NCBI RefSeq assembly: GCF_001194135.2
Contig: NC_068984.1
Span: 111,525,893 to 111,589,892 of the forward strand
DNA length: 64,000 bases
From: Octopus bimaculoides
Lineage: Eukaryota
Direction: 5' to 3'
The notes under the pieces are model-generated. The model had not been told where the DNA came from. It saw only the letters and a list, made by a program, of their open reading frames with translations, and did not search any database. Positions 11,931-25,332 of the stretch are shown piece by piece. Numbering within the stretch: position 1 is the first letter of the stretch; every line of letters starts with the position of its first letter. The position numbers and the translations under genes were made by a program.

Positions 11931-12384
11931 CATCATCATCATCGATTCTATCATCATTTTTTTTTTCCCATTCTTGCGTAAAGGTTTATTTCGTGCAGAA
12001 CATTCCAGGGCTTTACCTAATGAAAAGCTTCATACAGACAATTAAATCATTGCTTCAAGATTTTGGTCATTGTTCTTTGAAATTATGACAAATTTTTTTT
12101 TTTCTTTTCTGTTTTTTTTTTCTTACACCTCTCAGACAGTTTCATTTGTATTTAATTTTCTTTTATTTTTTTAAAATCTGTTTTTCCTTTTCAAATTTCA
12201 TTTCATTTTTTTTTTCCATTTCATTCTAAAATGGATAAAATCATTGTAAAAGTTATTGTATTGATGCATAATTTGGTTGATTGGTTTCGTATTTTAATTC
12301 TGTTGCCCTTCTACTTGAAAGACATTCCATATTGAGGTCTAGAGTTCAGATCATAGCACAACAGACATTCTTTTATCCTTTTAT

Positions 12385-12785
12385 TCTTTTACTTGTTTCA
12401 GTCATTTGACTCCAGCAATACTGGAGCACCACCTTAAAGGGGTTTTCAATTGAAGAACTCGACCCCAGGACTTATTTTTTGTAAGCGTAGTACTTATTCT
12501 ATTGCTCTATTTTGCCAAACTGCTAAGTTACAGAGATGTGAGCACACAAACATCGGTTGTCAAGGAATGGTGTGGACAAACATTGACACAAAGACATACA
12601 CGCACATAAATATATACATATCTATATACGATGGGCTTCTTTCAGTTTCCATCTCGCAAATCCACTCACAAAACTTTAATCAGTCTGAAGCTATAGTAGA
12701 AGATACTTACCCAAGGTGCCATGCAGTGGGACTGAACCCAGAATCATGTGGTTGAGAAACAAGCTTCTTACTACACAACCATGCT
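12385..12785 (-). mobile_element. SINE family S2
   Basis: Same head and tail modules as 7120-7505. Confidence 0.9.
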
Positions 12786-12829
12786 GTGATACATCTAGAC
12801 ACATCATCATTGATGTTTTCTGCAGCCAT

Positions 12830-14280
12830 TGGCTGTTTAAGGCCTTTCAGTCATCAGACATCCTCACCAAGGTGATGCAAACAGTTATGACCAAGCCTTT
12901 TCTTGTGTCTAGTTTGTACAAACCCTAGTAGCTCTACTCTTTTCAAAGGTCACACTTTTTGATTTAAAGCCATTTTAAAGCAAACACTGCTGTTTCCCGC
13001 AACAACTTAATAGCCTTCCACCTACAGGTCCCTGACATGCCCAAAATGTTCTTGGTTCTGCAGAAGGGACTGACCTGCAAAATCTCTGCATGTCACATTA
13101 ATGAGATCACATCTTGCTTGCCACCCATTGTTTCAGCATAACTCCACCACCTCAGTATATTTCATTCTCTTTCTCTCATTCACCTCCTCAGTGCAGTCCT
13201 CCCAAGAAATGGAAAGTTTTAACAAAACCATGCTGTTGGATACTTCCAAGATGAACACCATGTCTGGCTTTCATAATGTTGCAGTGATAGTTTCTTGGAA
13301 TTTCAGTTGCTTTTCTAGGTTGACTCTTAGCTCCCAGCCTTGTGCTGTTGCTCATAAATTGATGTTAACTGATACCAAGATTGAAAAAAAAGTGATAATC
13401 TTCTTCATTTGGTGGAGGTGTCAGCAATAGCTAATCCCACTGCAGATGGAGTTTGTTATAGTCTTTAAAACCTAGTCATACCACTGGTGCTAGTATCTCT
13501 TCATCTGGGGCATTTGGACAGCTACCTAGGGTATACAGACGTGCTTCAAGTCCTTCTCAGATATAGGGCAAAGTTGGTGACTCCACCTCCCATACAAGGA
13601 CAAACACCATCTATTGATCTTTTCACAAATCAGATTTGCAACACAAAATAATCCTGATGAGTGCAATCCATGACACTCCATCATCGACATAATCCTCTCC
13701 CACACCACAATAAGTCCTGTCCTTAATTCTGCCAATATAAATTTTCCCTAGCAAAAAACGCTGGACAGGTCATCAGCTTATCATTAAACTACTTGAAACA
13801 AAAATTTTCTCTCATGAGGCTCCACTTGGTAAAGCTCAGACATTGAGATTTTGCACACAACTACTTACTTCGCTGTTGTAGTGTGACTCCCTAGTGCCAC
13901 ATCCCAACACTCTTCTTGGCTCCCTGATCCTCAATCAATGCTCACATGTCTTTCTACATCAGCAGCTTCCTGCTTTATTCCTTGCACTCTGTCATAGTAA
14001 GACATTGTACTGATATCCAGGCCAACCCTTCCATGAAGTATAATACCTGCCAACACACTATGACTGTAATACAGCTCTGCAGCCTCAAAAGCTTCCATTG
14101 ATTCTGTTTCATCTTTATGTCAATACAACCTTCAGAGATTTCTGGGTAATCCTTCGAATTTCTCTATCCATATTAGAAATGGTAACAACATAGAAATCTC
14201 ATTGGTAAGAATGAAATTTCTGAAATGAGCAGAGTACTTCAAAGGATTGATTTGGCCCACTGCTAGACCATCTGTCAAGT
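12830..14280 (-). pseudogene. Degraded 3' part of an RLE-type non-LTR retrotransposon, HERO-like clade
   Basis: Frameshifted minus-strand translation gives GRVGL (cf. GRAGLG), LCPISEKDLKHV (CCHC region), HQWYD*VLKTI (cf. RWRHDQVLKAI), and KPDMVFILEVSNSMVLLKLSISWEDCTEEVNERKRMKY...GWQARCDLINVTCRDFAGQS (cf. RPDMV...LELTVPWEDRMEEANERKRAKY...GWRARCEPVEVGCRGFAGQS). Confidence 0.8.
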
Positions 14281-15654
14281 CTACAGGAAGTATATATATA
14301 TATATATTATATGTGTGTGTGTGTATATATGTATGTATGTATGTATGTATGTTTTAAAGTAATTATTTGTCAGGTAACCTAAACTGTGCCACTGCTTTAC
14401 TGATCATCTATTTATACATTTTGTGTAATTTATTCCATGATATATATATATATTACATGGAAAAATGCGAACATGAAAAGTAATATTCTTAAGATTATAA
14501 ACCTGGAAAAGTACAGGACAAGCTATTACTTCTAGTAAAGTAAAGAATAAGAAACTTCTTACTTAAAATATTGCAGTAAAGAATGCCAGTTCTTCTAATT
14601 TATCACTCTTTACAGTTCTCATCTTTTAAATTTATTGTACAGAACTGTTCAGCTAATTTGTAAGTTTGTCTAATTAGTCACTTTTTCTGTATTTAAGGTA
14701 ATAAATTAGCCAAATTCTACTTAAATAAGTGTAGTGTTATTTGTAAACTATCATAAAATAATTTTCAATATTCAAATTTAATTTCAGCTGCAATATTTTA
14801 AATAAAAAATTTCTTATTCTTTACTTTACTAGAAGTAATAGCTTGTCCTATACTTTTCCAGGTGTAATAAATTGTCCTGTACTTTTCCAGGTTTATAATC
14901 TTAAGAATATTACTTTTCATGCTTGCATTACTCTCCATGTAATCCATGACTTTTCCAGGCATTGCTGTTATAAAATAATAAATAATGTGCCAATTAATAA
15001 TTTAAGATTTTACCTTATAAAATACTGAAAGATAATATTTCAATTTTTCCATGTAAGTGATGATAATATTTTAATTATTTTTATGTTTAATTTAAATACA
15101 TGTTGTGATTGAATTATTTGGCATTACCCATCCACACCAAATTAATGGCAGGGATCTTTACCATGTTGTTGGTTGCACCATGGCTCACCAAAAGTTACAA
15201 ACAACAACGTCCGGAAACCATCAGTTACCAGGCTCACCTAGATTTTGAGTTGGTGATAACAGCACTGACTGCTGCTAATATATATCTATCAATAATTATT
15301 CAATACAGCAGTAATTATAAAAGCATATCAGATATACACAAGTTAAAATTATCTACATCCCATTAATATAAATTTGATTTATGAAAAATCCCATTTGATT
15401 AATTTTGAAATTCAAAAAATAAACTTAGAATATAAGCACTTTTAACCAATGCCTTTTCTGGACAGCCTTACTACATGCCTTCAGGTATGCCCATAGAGAC
15501 ACAGCCAAAACTGCCTGTATTCCTGCCCCATAAGGAACTAGCCTGATTAAATAGTTAACTAAAAAGAAAAGGAAAGCAACTAAAAAGGAAAAGCAAAAAA
15601 AGCAGAAAGTAAGTTAATTAAAGCTGAAAGAGAAAATAAATAAAAAAAGTTAAA

Positions 15655-16100
15655 GTTAACCTAATTCAGCAGCATATTAAAAATAACTTTATTAAATATT
15701 TAATTAAAGAAATAAAATATAAAAAAGGGAAAGTCGACCTCAGCAGAATTTGAACTCAGAACATAAAGATAATGAAATACCACTAAGCATTTCCCCCAGC
15801 ATGCTAGCATTTCTGTCAGCATACCACCTTAGAATGTAAGCATTCATTTTAGAAATATATTCTTAATTAATAACAAAAGATAAACTTACCCTAATTCAAC
15901 AACATATTAAAAATAACTATTAAATATTTAATTAAAAAAATAAAATATACAAAAGGCAAATTCGACCTCAGCAGAATTTGAACTCAGAATGTAAAGACAG
16001 ACAAAGTACCACTAAGCATATCACCCAGTGTGCTAACGTTTCTACCAGATTGTTGCTTTGCAATGTAAATATTCATTTTAGAAATATATTCTTAAAATTA
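15655..16100. repeat. Local tandem duplication, two units of about 230 bp, each with an S1 SINE head (minus) and AT-rich flank
   Basis: CCTAATTCA.CA.CATATTAAAAATAAC...CGACCTCAGCAGAATTTGAACTCAGAA...TTCATTTTAGAAATATATTCTTAA occurs twice, starting at about 15659 and 15890. Confidence 0.85.
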
Positions 16101-16684
16101 TTGCTTGGGCGTTACTCCCTTAATTACTTCCTCACTTATTTTCCATTTCATGACATTTTACCTCATAACTCTTTTTCTACTATTTTTTGTTGAATGCGAC
16201 TAACGATTCTGAATTCCTCACGCATTTTTTTTATCATTTAAGCCTGCAAATGTATACTTTTATTTTAAAATTAAAAAATTTATGTTAATTGAAGATGAAC
16301 ATCTGACTTACTGCCCACTTTGAGGTCTCACATATTTTGATGTAACTGTTTTTTTTACTGAACCAAATCTCAAAGTATTTATGCTAAAGTGTAGCTGAGG
16401 AGGTGTGCTCTTTAAAACTGTTAACAGTTTCTAATCTAGCTGAGAACTGAATTAGCGGTGAAGCTTGGAAGCTGCTGCGATTGACAAAATGGTGGAATAT
16501 AATCAACCGCTACTGTGGTTGAATGATAAATATATATACACATATATATATATATATATATATACAGGGCAATTCCATGCAAAAGGAGACAAAAACAGAA
16601 AAATTATGATAAAATTGTGCTACCATAATTTATGTACTTTTATGTTCCCATAAGCTAAAGGATTTAAAAACAAAATTTCTGCAG

Positions 16685-16751
16685 GACTATTGTCATGTGA
16701 CCAGGGCAACCATCTTGGATTCAGTCTGGTAGATGACTGCAAGGGCAAAAG
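16685..16751 (+). other. Candidate 67-bp spliced exon
   Basis: Acceptor AATTTCTGCAG|G and donor AAAAG|GTAGGT. One open frame: LLSCDQGNHLGFSLVDDCKGK. Confidence 0.3.
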
Positions 16752-17759
16752 GTAGGTATTCAGTTCCATCCTAGAAAACAATTAACTTTCCATTTTGCAA
16801 ATAGGTACTTACAGGAAGAACTTGAGTAAATCTACAGTTTGGCAGTGTTATTTTTTGGAACATCATCCTGCTTGTTAGCAAAAGCAGAATTTACTGTGGC
16901 TGTTTCAGTTTGTTGTGTCAGTTACATTTTGGCATTATAACTTTAGTCTACAGAATCCTGACAAATAATTACTTTAAACCAATGCAACCATTATGAAATG
17001 CTGTAAAAGGGGATTTTATTCTTATACATCGTACTTTATATTTTCACTTACATATATCTGTTTGTGCCCCGTTCACAGAAATTTCAGCCACATTATGATC
17101 AGTGACATGCTGTATTATAGGGCTCCCACAGTTACCTGCAATGCATGTAAAATGTTTAGATTAAATTGTCTTAGACATTATGCATGTGCTGCAATAAACT
17201 TCAAGAAATGTTATTTAGAACTTAGCATTCAAGTCCAGCATACATTTTGAATACATAGTGTGTTTTTACCTTTTCATCAATTCCTGATTTTCCTGACTGA
17301 TTAAAATGAAAATATGTAATATTAATTGGTATCTGAGTTTCAGTGTTGTATCAGTTACACAATGCTAGGTGGAAATGTTGCACCGATACCTGTTGCATTA
17401 GTTACATTTTACCAAAGGCATTACATGTTTTAAATAATAGTGTCGTATATGAAAGCATGCATAACATCTTTACCACTTCAGGTTTCTTTTATTTGCACAT
17501 GTGAATTTTCTGCATAGGATTTCCAGCATAAGTACCACTAAGTCAAGTATTATGTCTTTTTTTCCATTGTATCAGTTATGCAAGAATTTGTTCTCTCCAA
17601 GACAAGCTAGTTCAAACATAGAATCACAATACATATGTAACGATATTTATGGGCCACAGCAGTTAAAACATTCATGGTCATTATATCCCAGTTAACTTAA
17701 GTAACATACCAGAACATGTTTAGTATTAAAAATTTATTGCACCAGTTACAATGGAATTG

Positions 17760-17803
<44 letters not shown>

Positions 17804-17874
17804 NNNNNNNNNNTATATATATAATAAATGAGTATATGCATATATACGTACATGTATGTACATACTTACATCTA

Positions 17875-18000
17875 CTTGTATATATAGATGCATATCTGGT
17901 TACAGGACATTGCAAACAAAACGTAGACAAAACGATAAACAAGTACAAAAAATACACAGGCCACATAGAGAACATTTCCTTCATCAGCTGCCACCATTCA
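17875..18000 (-). mobile_element. Interspersed repeat shared with 32055-32235, with a CTGATGAAGGA half-motif on minus; PLE-like
   Basis: TATATAGATGCATATC.GG.TACAGGAC and TCCTTC(A/G)TCAGCTGCC occur at both loci. Confidence 0.55.
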
Positions 18001-18700
18001 ACACTGGCGTTTAGCACACACGCAAACACAAACACATTTATGTACATAAAGGTATACCTATATATATATATACAATACTTATATATGTATATTATATATA
18101 TATATGTGTGTGTATGTGTATTATATATATATATATATAGTATCATATATATAAATATATATATACACATACATGAATATATACACACATATAGAAATAT
18201 ACACATGTAGACCCATTGGTATATTTGTTAATTTCCTTCGTACAATTATTTTAAACATCAAAATTATTTTGTTAGTTTGTTTCTAACTCAAAATTTCATT
18301 ATATTTTAATTTATTTTATTATACCTCACATCAATATCACTGATCAAACCAACATGATAATGATAAGAGATACACTAGGTTTTCTCAGACTGGCGCCAGA
18401 TCAGATGGTTTGATATTGTTATGCCATACACTGCTCAGTGGTGCTCTGAAATGGCTCAGTGAAGAATGACAAAGCAGACCATCTGAATAAATATCAAGAG
18501 AAAAAGTGAAAATGTAACAAATATAAAAACGATGTGGGTAACAAAATTAATGACAAAATATAACATAAACAGGCAGATGCATGCACATGCGAACACATTC
18601 ACACACATGCTTATATGCAGACGCATTTATTTATGCATGTGGGAGTATATATGTTTGCACCTATGTGCTACGTATGTCTATCTCACTCTCTCTCTCTCCA

Positions 18701-18748
<48 letters not shown>

Positions 18749-19094
18749 AGAGAGAGCGAGAGACAGACTGTCTACTTTACCATGCTTGCAAGGGCTGGAT
18801 GGAGTTTTAAAAAAGCACGTGTAGATTTTCTTTGACCAGATGCCCTCCCAGTTATCAGCTCTTGCCTGTTTCCGAGTAAAGTAATGTTTCTCCATGGCCA
18901 GACATTTTCTTGCAGAATATTGAAAACGACTGGCACTGCTTGTATGACAGGGACATTCACTTACAATTATTAAGCTATGTCAAGTCAAAATGACAAATAT
19001 ACACACACTCACACACATGCCAAAATTGATCAAAAGTCCCCCCACCAAGCCACAGACTTATAAGGCTGCTTCCCTAGATTCTGTGGCATCATCA

Positions 19095-19390
19095 TTATCA
19101 TCATCGTTTTTGTTTATCGTCCACTTTCCATGCTGGAATGGGTTGGATGGTTTGACTGAGGACTGCCAACCCAGAAGGCTGTACCAGGCTCCAGTCTGAT
19201 CTGGCAAGTTTTCTACAGCTCAATGCCCTTTCTAACACCAACCACTCCAAGAGTGTACTGGGTGCTTTTTATGTGATACCAGTACGAGGGCTAGTCAGGT
19301 GGTACTGGCATTAACCACGCTTGAATGGTGCTTTTTATGTGCCACTGGCACAGGAGCCAGTCAGGCGGCCCTGAGGGGTACTGGCATTGT
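19095..19390 (-). mobile_element. SINE family S3 with internal repeat units of about 60 bp
   Basis: Matches 6550-6805. Confidence 0.8.
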
Positions 19391-19434
19391 CCAACAAATT
19401 CTCAGCTCATTCCATGCTTTCAAATACATGTGAA

Positions 19435-19798
19435 ACAAGAGCACTTAGAGAGTTCAAACCCCCACCAAGACAATACCAACGTCCTCTCAACAATTAGCCA
19501 GAGATGTTTTTTTTTAAATGAGAATATCTGAAATAAACTCAACTGCTCTCACAAACGAGGATACTAAAAATGAACCTGACTGCTCTCAAAAATTAAGTAA
19601 AAAAAAAAATGGAAAAATAATCCAGAATCCTTGTCCGGTACCAGATCGATCCCAAAATCTAGTAAGTTTGTGCCAGTCACAAAGCCAAACATCTCTGAAA
19701 GTTCCATCCAGCAGTTCTTGAGATATCTTGTCCATGGACAAACAAACATGACTGAAAACAATATCTCCGCCTTCGCTAAGGCAGAGGTAATAAAAGTT
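19435..19798 (+). mobile_element. Non-autonomous repeat with a terminal GC-rich hairpin (Helitron/Helentron-like); also 41200-41465 (-) and 46028-46360 (+)
   Basis: Three copies share AACAAGAGCAC...GAGAATATCTGAAATAAA...CCAGAATCCTTGTCC. Two end in the hairpin (A)CCTCCGCCTT-CG(C/T)T-AAGGCAGAGGTAATAA. The class assignment is inference. Confidence 0.6.
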
Positions 19799-20204
19799 CT
19801 CTTGCTTGAAAACAGAAAAGTATATGTGACAGAAAGGGCATCTTTGTCTCAATATTACTCATGCCAACATCTCGTACTAAGACAGACGTAAAATGAACAA
19901 ATGTATGTGGAAAAGCAATGAATACAAGAAACGCACCCAGAAACTTGACTATACAACATTGTCAAGGTTATAGAATTGTAATGTCACAAGGTGGTGTTAA
20001 CTGTTGTCATGATAGACATAGGATGACAGGTATGAGATACTGGTGGTAGGGTTGAGTTCAGGCTGCATATAATTAATGCACAACCCTTATGAACAATTAA
20101 CAGAATTTTATTTCACTGCACAAATATTTTCTATGTTGGTTAAGAATTAAAGATGTGACAAAGTTTATACACTGGAAGGACAATTCTGTAGCTGTTACAT
20201 GTAG

Positions 20205-20540
20205 AAGGTGCATGGCTCAGCGGTTAGAGCATTGGGTTCACAGTCATGAAGTAGTGAGTTCGATTCCAGGACCAGGCTGTCTGTTGTATTCTTGAGCATG
20301 ACACTTTATTTCACGTTGCTCCAGTTCGCTCAGCTGTAGAAATGAGTTGCAACATCACTGGTGCCAAGCTGTATCAGCCTTTGCTTTTCCCTTGGATAAA
20401 ATCAGTGGCATAGGTAGAGGAGGGTGGTATGCATGGGTGACTGCTGGTCTTACATAAACAACCTTGCCTGGACTTGTGCCACAAAGTGGAAATTTCTAGG
20501 TGCAATTCCAAGGTCATTAATGACTGAAAAGAGTCTTCAC
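20205..20540 (+). mobile_element. tRNA-derived SINE (family S4)
   Basis: GGTGCATGGCTCAGCGGTTAGAGC (A box), then GAGTTCGATTCC (B box), then TTCTTGAGCATGACACTTTATTTCACGTTGCTCCAGT. Confidence 0.85.
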
Positions 20541-21165
20541 CCTCTTGTTTTTTGTTTTTTTTACAAATAGTTAATTGATCCTTCAGTATTCAGATTACTC
20601 TCTCAAATGCAATGCTTATTTACTCACATTCTTTTGAATTAATCATGCATCATCTTGCCTTGCAACTTTGAGATATCAGTGATGATTATTTTTTTTTTTT
20701 TAATGACATTTTAGAGCAGCTGTGAGAGGCCAGACGTGATCAGTTTGTTTGCTCATGAAACATGTTGAATATTAGCACCAGATATGACCGGATTAAATGT
20801 TAAAGGGTTAGGAAAGCTTTGTAATTAAGTTGCTGAGACAGGAGAAAGTATCTCCACTGGGTTCATGTCAACGAAATATAGCTGCTGTCCTGGTTGCATA
20901 AACAACTATTAAAACAACTATTAAAAGCAGCAAAATGAGGATGTGGTTCGCTTAGTTGAGGGTGATCACAAACTGAAGTTTGGCACTCAAAACGCGCCTA
21001 TCTATTAGATTTGTAAAGAGACATTCTAGCAGTTTCTAGAACGATGCATCTTGTGATGGCTCAATGCTGGTTGGCCCATAAATCAGCCGATCACATGGAA
21101 AAACTGTTGCTAAGCCGTGATTTTAACTTGGCAATTTGTCAGCTTGGTTTCATATTTTGCTACAG

Positions 21166-21280
21166 TAGAAAAAGATTTAAGGATGAACACATTCAGAAAA
21201 TGTGTGCCAGAAGACAGAGGAGAAATGCATTCAGAATGTATCTAAGAGAACTCCATTTATCACAAAAAATAACAAAAAAA
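21166..21280 (+). other. Candidate exon start (NAGNAG acceptor), running into an A-tract and gap
   Basis: TTTCATATTTTGCTACAG|TAG; reads RKRFKDEHIQKMCARRQRRNAFRMYLRELHLSQ or EKDLRMNTFRKCVPEDRGEMHSECI*. Confidence 0.2.
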
Positions 21281-21524
21281 AAAAAAAAAAAAAAANNNNN
21301 NNNNNNNNNNNNNNNNNNNNNNNNNNNNNNNNNNNNNNNNNNNNNNNNNNNNNNNNNNNNNNNNNNNNNNNNNNNNNNNNNNNNNNNNNNNNNNNNNNNN
21401 NNNNNNNNNNNNNNNNNNNNNNNNNNNNNNNNNNNNNNNNNNNNNNNNNNNNNNNNNNNNNNNNNNNNNNNNNNNNNNNNNNNNNNNNNNNNNNNNNNNN
21501 NNNNNNNNNNNNNNNNNNNNNNNN

Positions 21525-21563
<39 letters not shown>

Positions 21564-21942
21564 GTAAACACATACATGAAATCACAGATACAAAGAAACA
21601 CTTGAGCATGCAAAAATTCATACACTTATACACATAATCATATCAGTACATACATACATGCTTACACATATTCATACATACATTCACACATATTCATACA
21701 TACATACATATGTGTGTGTGCATGACTGTGCAAGCATGTATGCCTATGTACATATATTCAGGGATACATGCAAGCATGTACGAACTCACCTATATGCACA
21801 TGTATAAACACGTAAAATTCTACACACCAACACATAGAAATATGTAGAACAAGCATAAAATACATAATCCCACATACACACACACTCTCACACACACACA
21901 CACACATACATATATGTACATATGTGTATATATGTAGCTATG

Positions 21943-22005
<63 letters not shown>

Positions 22006-22859
22006 ATATATATACACACACACATACATATGTATATATGCAAATATATATATGCAAAAAAATAAAACTATGTATGTGCATGTGTGTAGGCATGTGTGTG
22101 TGTGCGTATATATATATATATATATAAATCAATAGATAGATACATACATACATACATGCATACACAAAGGCAGGCATGCATGTATGGCTTGGCAATAAAG
22201 GCTGCAGTAATTAGGAATCATGCAAGATTGCGTGTAAGAGTCTGTGCAAAGGACTAGGGTTATTGAGGTAATATAACACTTGTGCGGTTTGACTGTCTCT
22301 TAAGATAATGCTCTGATTAGGGCCAACAGTTCATTATAATACAGCAAGTATTTCACTTCACTACTGATGTTTCTGACAGGCAAGGGGTGTAGACTGGCGA
22401 ATGAGGGTGTGAAGAAAAAGACATATGGGAAGATATACGCATTTATACAGACATGCGTATATATTTGTGTGTGTACATGTGTATACATATAGCTATGTAA
22501 GTAGTATATGTATGTGTGTGCGCGTACATATATATATATACACACACATATATGTGCATACACTTGTATATGCATGTATATGTGTATATATATATAGGTA
22601 TGTATACATGCACACATACTTACAGATATATATGTAAGTATATATGTGTGTGTACACACACAAACACATAAACACACAACACACACATATACAAAGAGGG
22701 AAAGAGAGACAGAAAGAGCAGAAGGGAGTAAGAAAATAGACAGATGGAGATACATCTGTATATGTATGTATGTGTGTGTGTGTGTGTACATGAATGCTTG
22801 TTCGTATATCTATGTCTGTGTGCCTTTGTATGCATATATATATATATGTGTGTGCATGC

Positions 22860-22894
<35 letters not shown>

Positions 22895-23454
22895 TATGTA
22901 TGTATCTATGTATATGTATCCTTATTTGTGGATGTGTGTGTTAGTTATGTGTCTCGGGTTTGTTTCAAAGGCGTGTTTAAGGGCAGGTGGTTAGGGTATT
23001 CTTAGGTCTGGTGCAGTGTTGTCTGGTCATGCAGTGTAGCCATTATGCAGTGTACTCTAGTGTCATGTGGTATGTTATTAGAGGTGAGCAATTTGGTTCA
23101 ATGGGGAGTGGGATGGTATGATATGCTGTAATAATGTGGCATATGGTATGGTACGGCATGGTGCTAAGTTATTTCAATGTGAAGATGTGAGCTGGAGGTA
23201 GGGGGGGGTGCAGCAGCAATGGCGGTGGTGGTAGTAGTGGTGGCGGTGGTGATAGGCTGTGCGATGCAGAATAAGACTGTGAGTGATGTTATGTAAAGCA
23301 GTATTTGGGTGCGTTGCTGTGTTACTGTGTGGTACTGTGGAAGTGCTTTGCTTTGTATGTACACGATTAGAATTTAGATAGACTTAACCTGTAAAGATTT
23401 ATATGTGCGTGTGTTATATATGTATGTATATATACATATATATATTGAGGGTAT

Positions 23455-23710
23455 GAGAGGTATTGGTGTCAAGAAGACCCAAAGGTGTCGGATGATGCTG
23501 AGTAAGATCTGTGGATAGATTATAGTTAAGCTCCAGGTTCAATGACTATACGAATGAGGAGTCCAACGTAGGTCATATATTAGCATGCATATATATAAAA
23601 AAAATCAACAGAATGAGATAAAAATCCAAGGCAATGAAAGTTTTCAGGGCATTTATAAATGTTCTGCAACCTTTCACTGCCTTGGATTTTTTTATCTCAT
23701 TCTGTTAATT

Positions 23711-23711
<1 letters not shown>
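23455..23711. mobile_element. Composite repeat (module of about 140 bp plus a collapsed fold-back); paralog of 29714-30090
   Basis: GAGAGGTA.TGGTGTCAAGAAGACCCAAAGGTGTC...GAATGAGGAGTCCAACGTAG at both loci. Inverted arms at 23602-23647 and 23664-23711. Confidence 0.8.
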
Positions 23712-23756
<45 letters not shown>

Positions 23757-24130
23757 GAGGCGCAATGGCCCAGTGGTTAGGGCAGTGGACTCACAGTCAT
23801 AGGATCGTGGTTTCGATTCCCAGATCGGGCGTTGTGAGTGTTTATTGAGCGAAAACACCTAACGCTCCACGATACTCCGGCAGGGGATGGTGGTGAACCC
23901 TGTTGTACTCTTTCACCACAAATTTCTCTCACTCTATCTTCCTGTTTCTGTTGTGCCTGTAATTCAAAGGGTCAGCCTTGTTACACTGTGTCACGCTGAA
24001 TATCCACAGGAACTACGTTAAGGGTACACGTGTCTGTGGAGTGCTCAACAACTTACATGTTAATTTCACGAGCAGGCTGTTCTGTTGATCGGATCAACTG
24101 GAACCCTCGACACTGTAAGCGACGGAGTGC

Positions 24131-24140
<10 letters not shown>
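23757..24140 (+). mobile_element. tRNA-derived SINE (family S5), apparently full length
   Basis: GGAGGCGCAATGGCCCAGTGGTTAGGGC (A box), then GGTTTCGATTCC (B box); ends CCAACAACAAA. Confidence 0.8.
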
Positions 24141-24198
<58 letters not shown>

Positions 24199-24488
24199 TA
24201 TATAGAGAGAGAGAGAGAAACAGACAGATACATATACACACGTACGTACACATACATGTAAAGAAATAGATAGATAGATAAATATAGATGAATATTTGTT
24301 ATTTTATTTCCGTTTTCTTCTCGCCTATATAATTTAAACTACGGTTACCCGCTAAATTACCTGCTGCTGTTTACCTTTTACCAAGGAATATACCTACTGA
24401 AGTAATTACCAGAAGTGCCTTTGGATATATCTATCCCTAGAAGCTTTAAACACCTCTAACGTATACCTATGTATATATATATATATAA

Positions 24489-24890
24489 TATAATAATAAT
24501 AACAATAGTCCTTGGATGGAATTTATAAACATTTAGTGCATCACTACATGCATTTCTAGAGACCACATGCCTCTTAAGATCATAGTCCATATTCCTGGGA
24601 TGATTACAGTGCAGTTTGTAGTATACTTGGGCATCAGGTTGATCATCTTCATCGGTGCATTTCTTCAGGCAATAAACATCCCTCTGTTGTACATCCATTA
24701 ATGTGATATTGCCTGAAGAAATGAATCCATGAAGATGATCTGACCTGATGCCCATGGATACTATGGACTGCACTGTAATCATCTCAGGAATATGGACTAT
24801 GATCTTAAGAGACATGTAATTTGTGGAAACATGCGTACCGATGCATTAAATGTTTATAAACTCCATCCAAGGATTATTGTTATTATTATA
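24489..24890. mobile_element. About 400-bp fold-back element (arms of about 185 bp, 32-bp spacer)
   Basis: 24489-24674 is the reverse complement of 24707-24890, e.g. CTCTTAAGATCATAGTCCATATTCCTG with CAGGAATATGGACTATGATCTTAAGAG. Confidence 0.9.
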
Positions 24891-25048
24891 ATAGTTATCC
24901 TACATTATATTGGGACAGCTTGAGGCAATCCCAAGAAGCCGGTTCACCAGTCAGCATCATTAGGCTGTGGGTGGCATAATAGAATAGCAGCTTTATTTGC
25001 ATATTCCAAACGTTTCCCATAAACAAATTTAAAAGGTATTATACAGAG

Positions 25049-25332
25049 TGTGATGGTGTTGTGGCAAGAGTACAACACTCCCTGACAGGAGTAGATGGGA
25101 CCACTACACATAAATAGCATTAGTCTGACATAGTCAGCAGTTCATAGTTTGGTCTTCAAAGTCCAGGTACAGCTTCAATTAGTGTGTTGGAAATATTGAT
25201 TGTTGGTTTGTTACATGTCTGTTACTGCCGCTGTTTCGATTTTGTATTGTTATAACACTGTTACAGTGTATTCTTTATCTATCGTCAACAATATCAACCG
25301 TGCTACGATATTGGAGGCATAAAGATACAACA
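25049..25332 (+). repeat. Probable 5' LTR of the Gypsy remnant
   Basis: Starts TG and ends CATAAAGATACAACA. Immediately followed by ACTGACGACAAAG (degenerate TGGCGACGAG-type PBS) and, about 60 bp later, the gag ATG. Confidence 0.55.

Noticed and set aside
13655-13690. CTGATGA-GTG...CAC as a hammerhead
   Set aside because: No GAAA follows; it lies within the HERO-like ORF remnant.
22980-23350. Strongly G/T-skewed segment as a regulatory or coding region
   Set aside because: It looks like decayed (TAGTG)/(TGGTA)/(GGT) simple repeats.
20205-24140. tRNA genes at the S4 and S5 heads
   Set aside because: A and B boxes are present but are followed by SINE bodies, with no cloverleaf 3' acceptor strand or T-run terminator.
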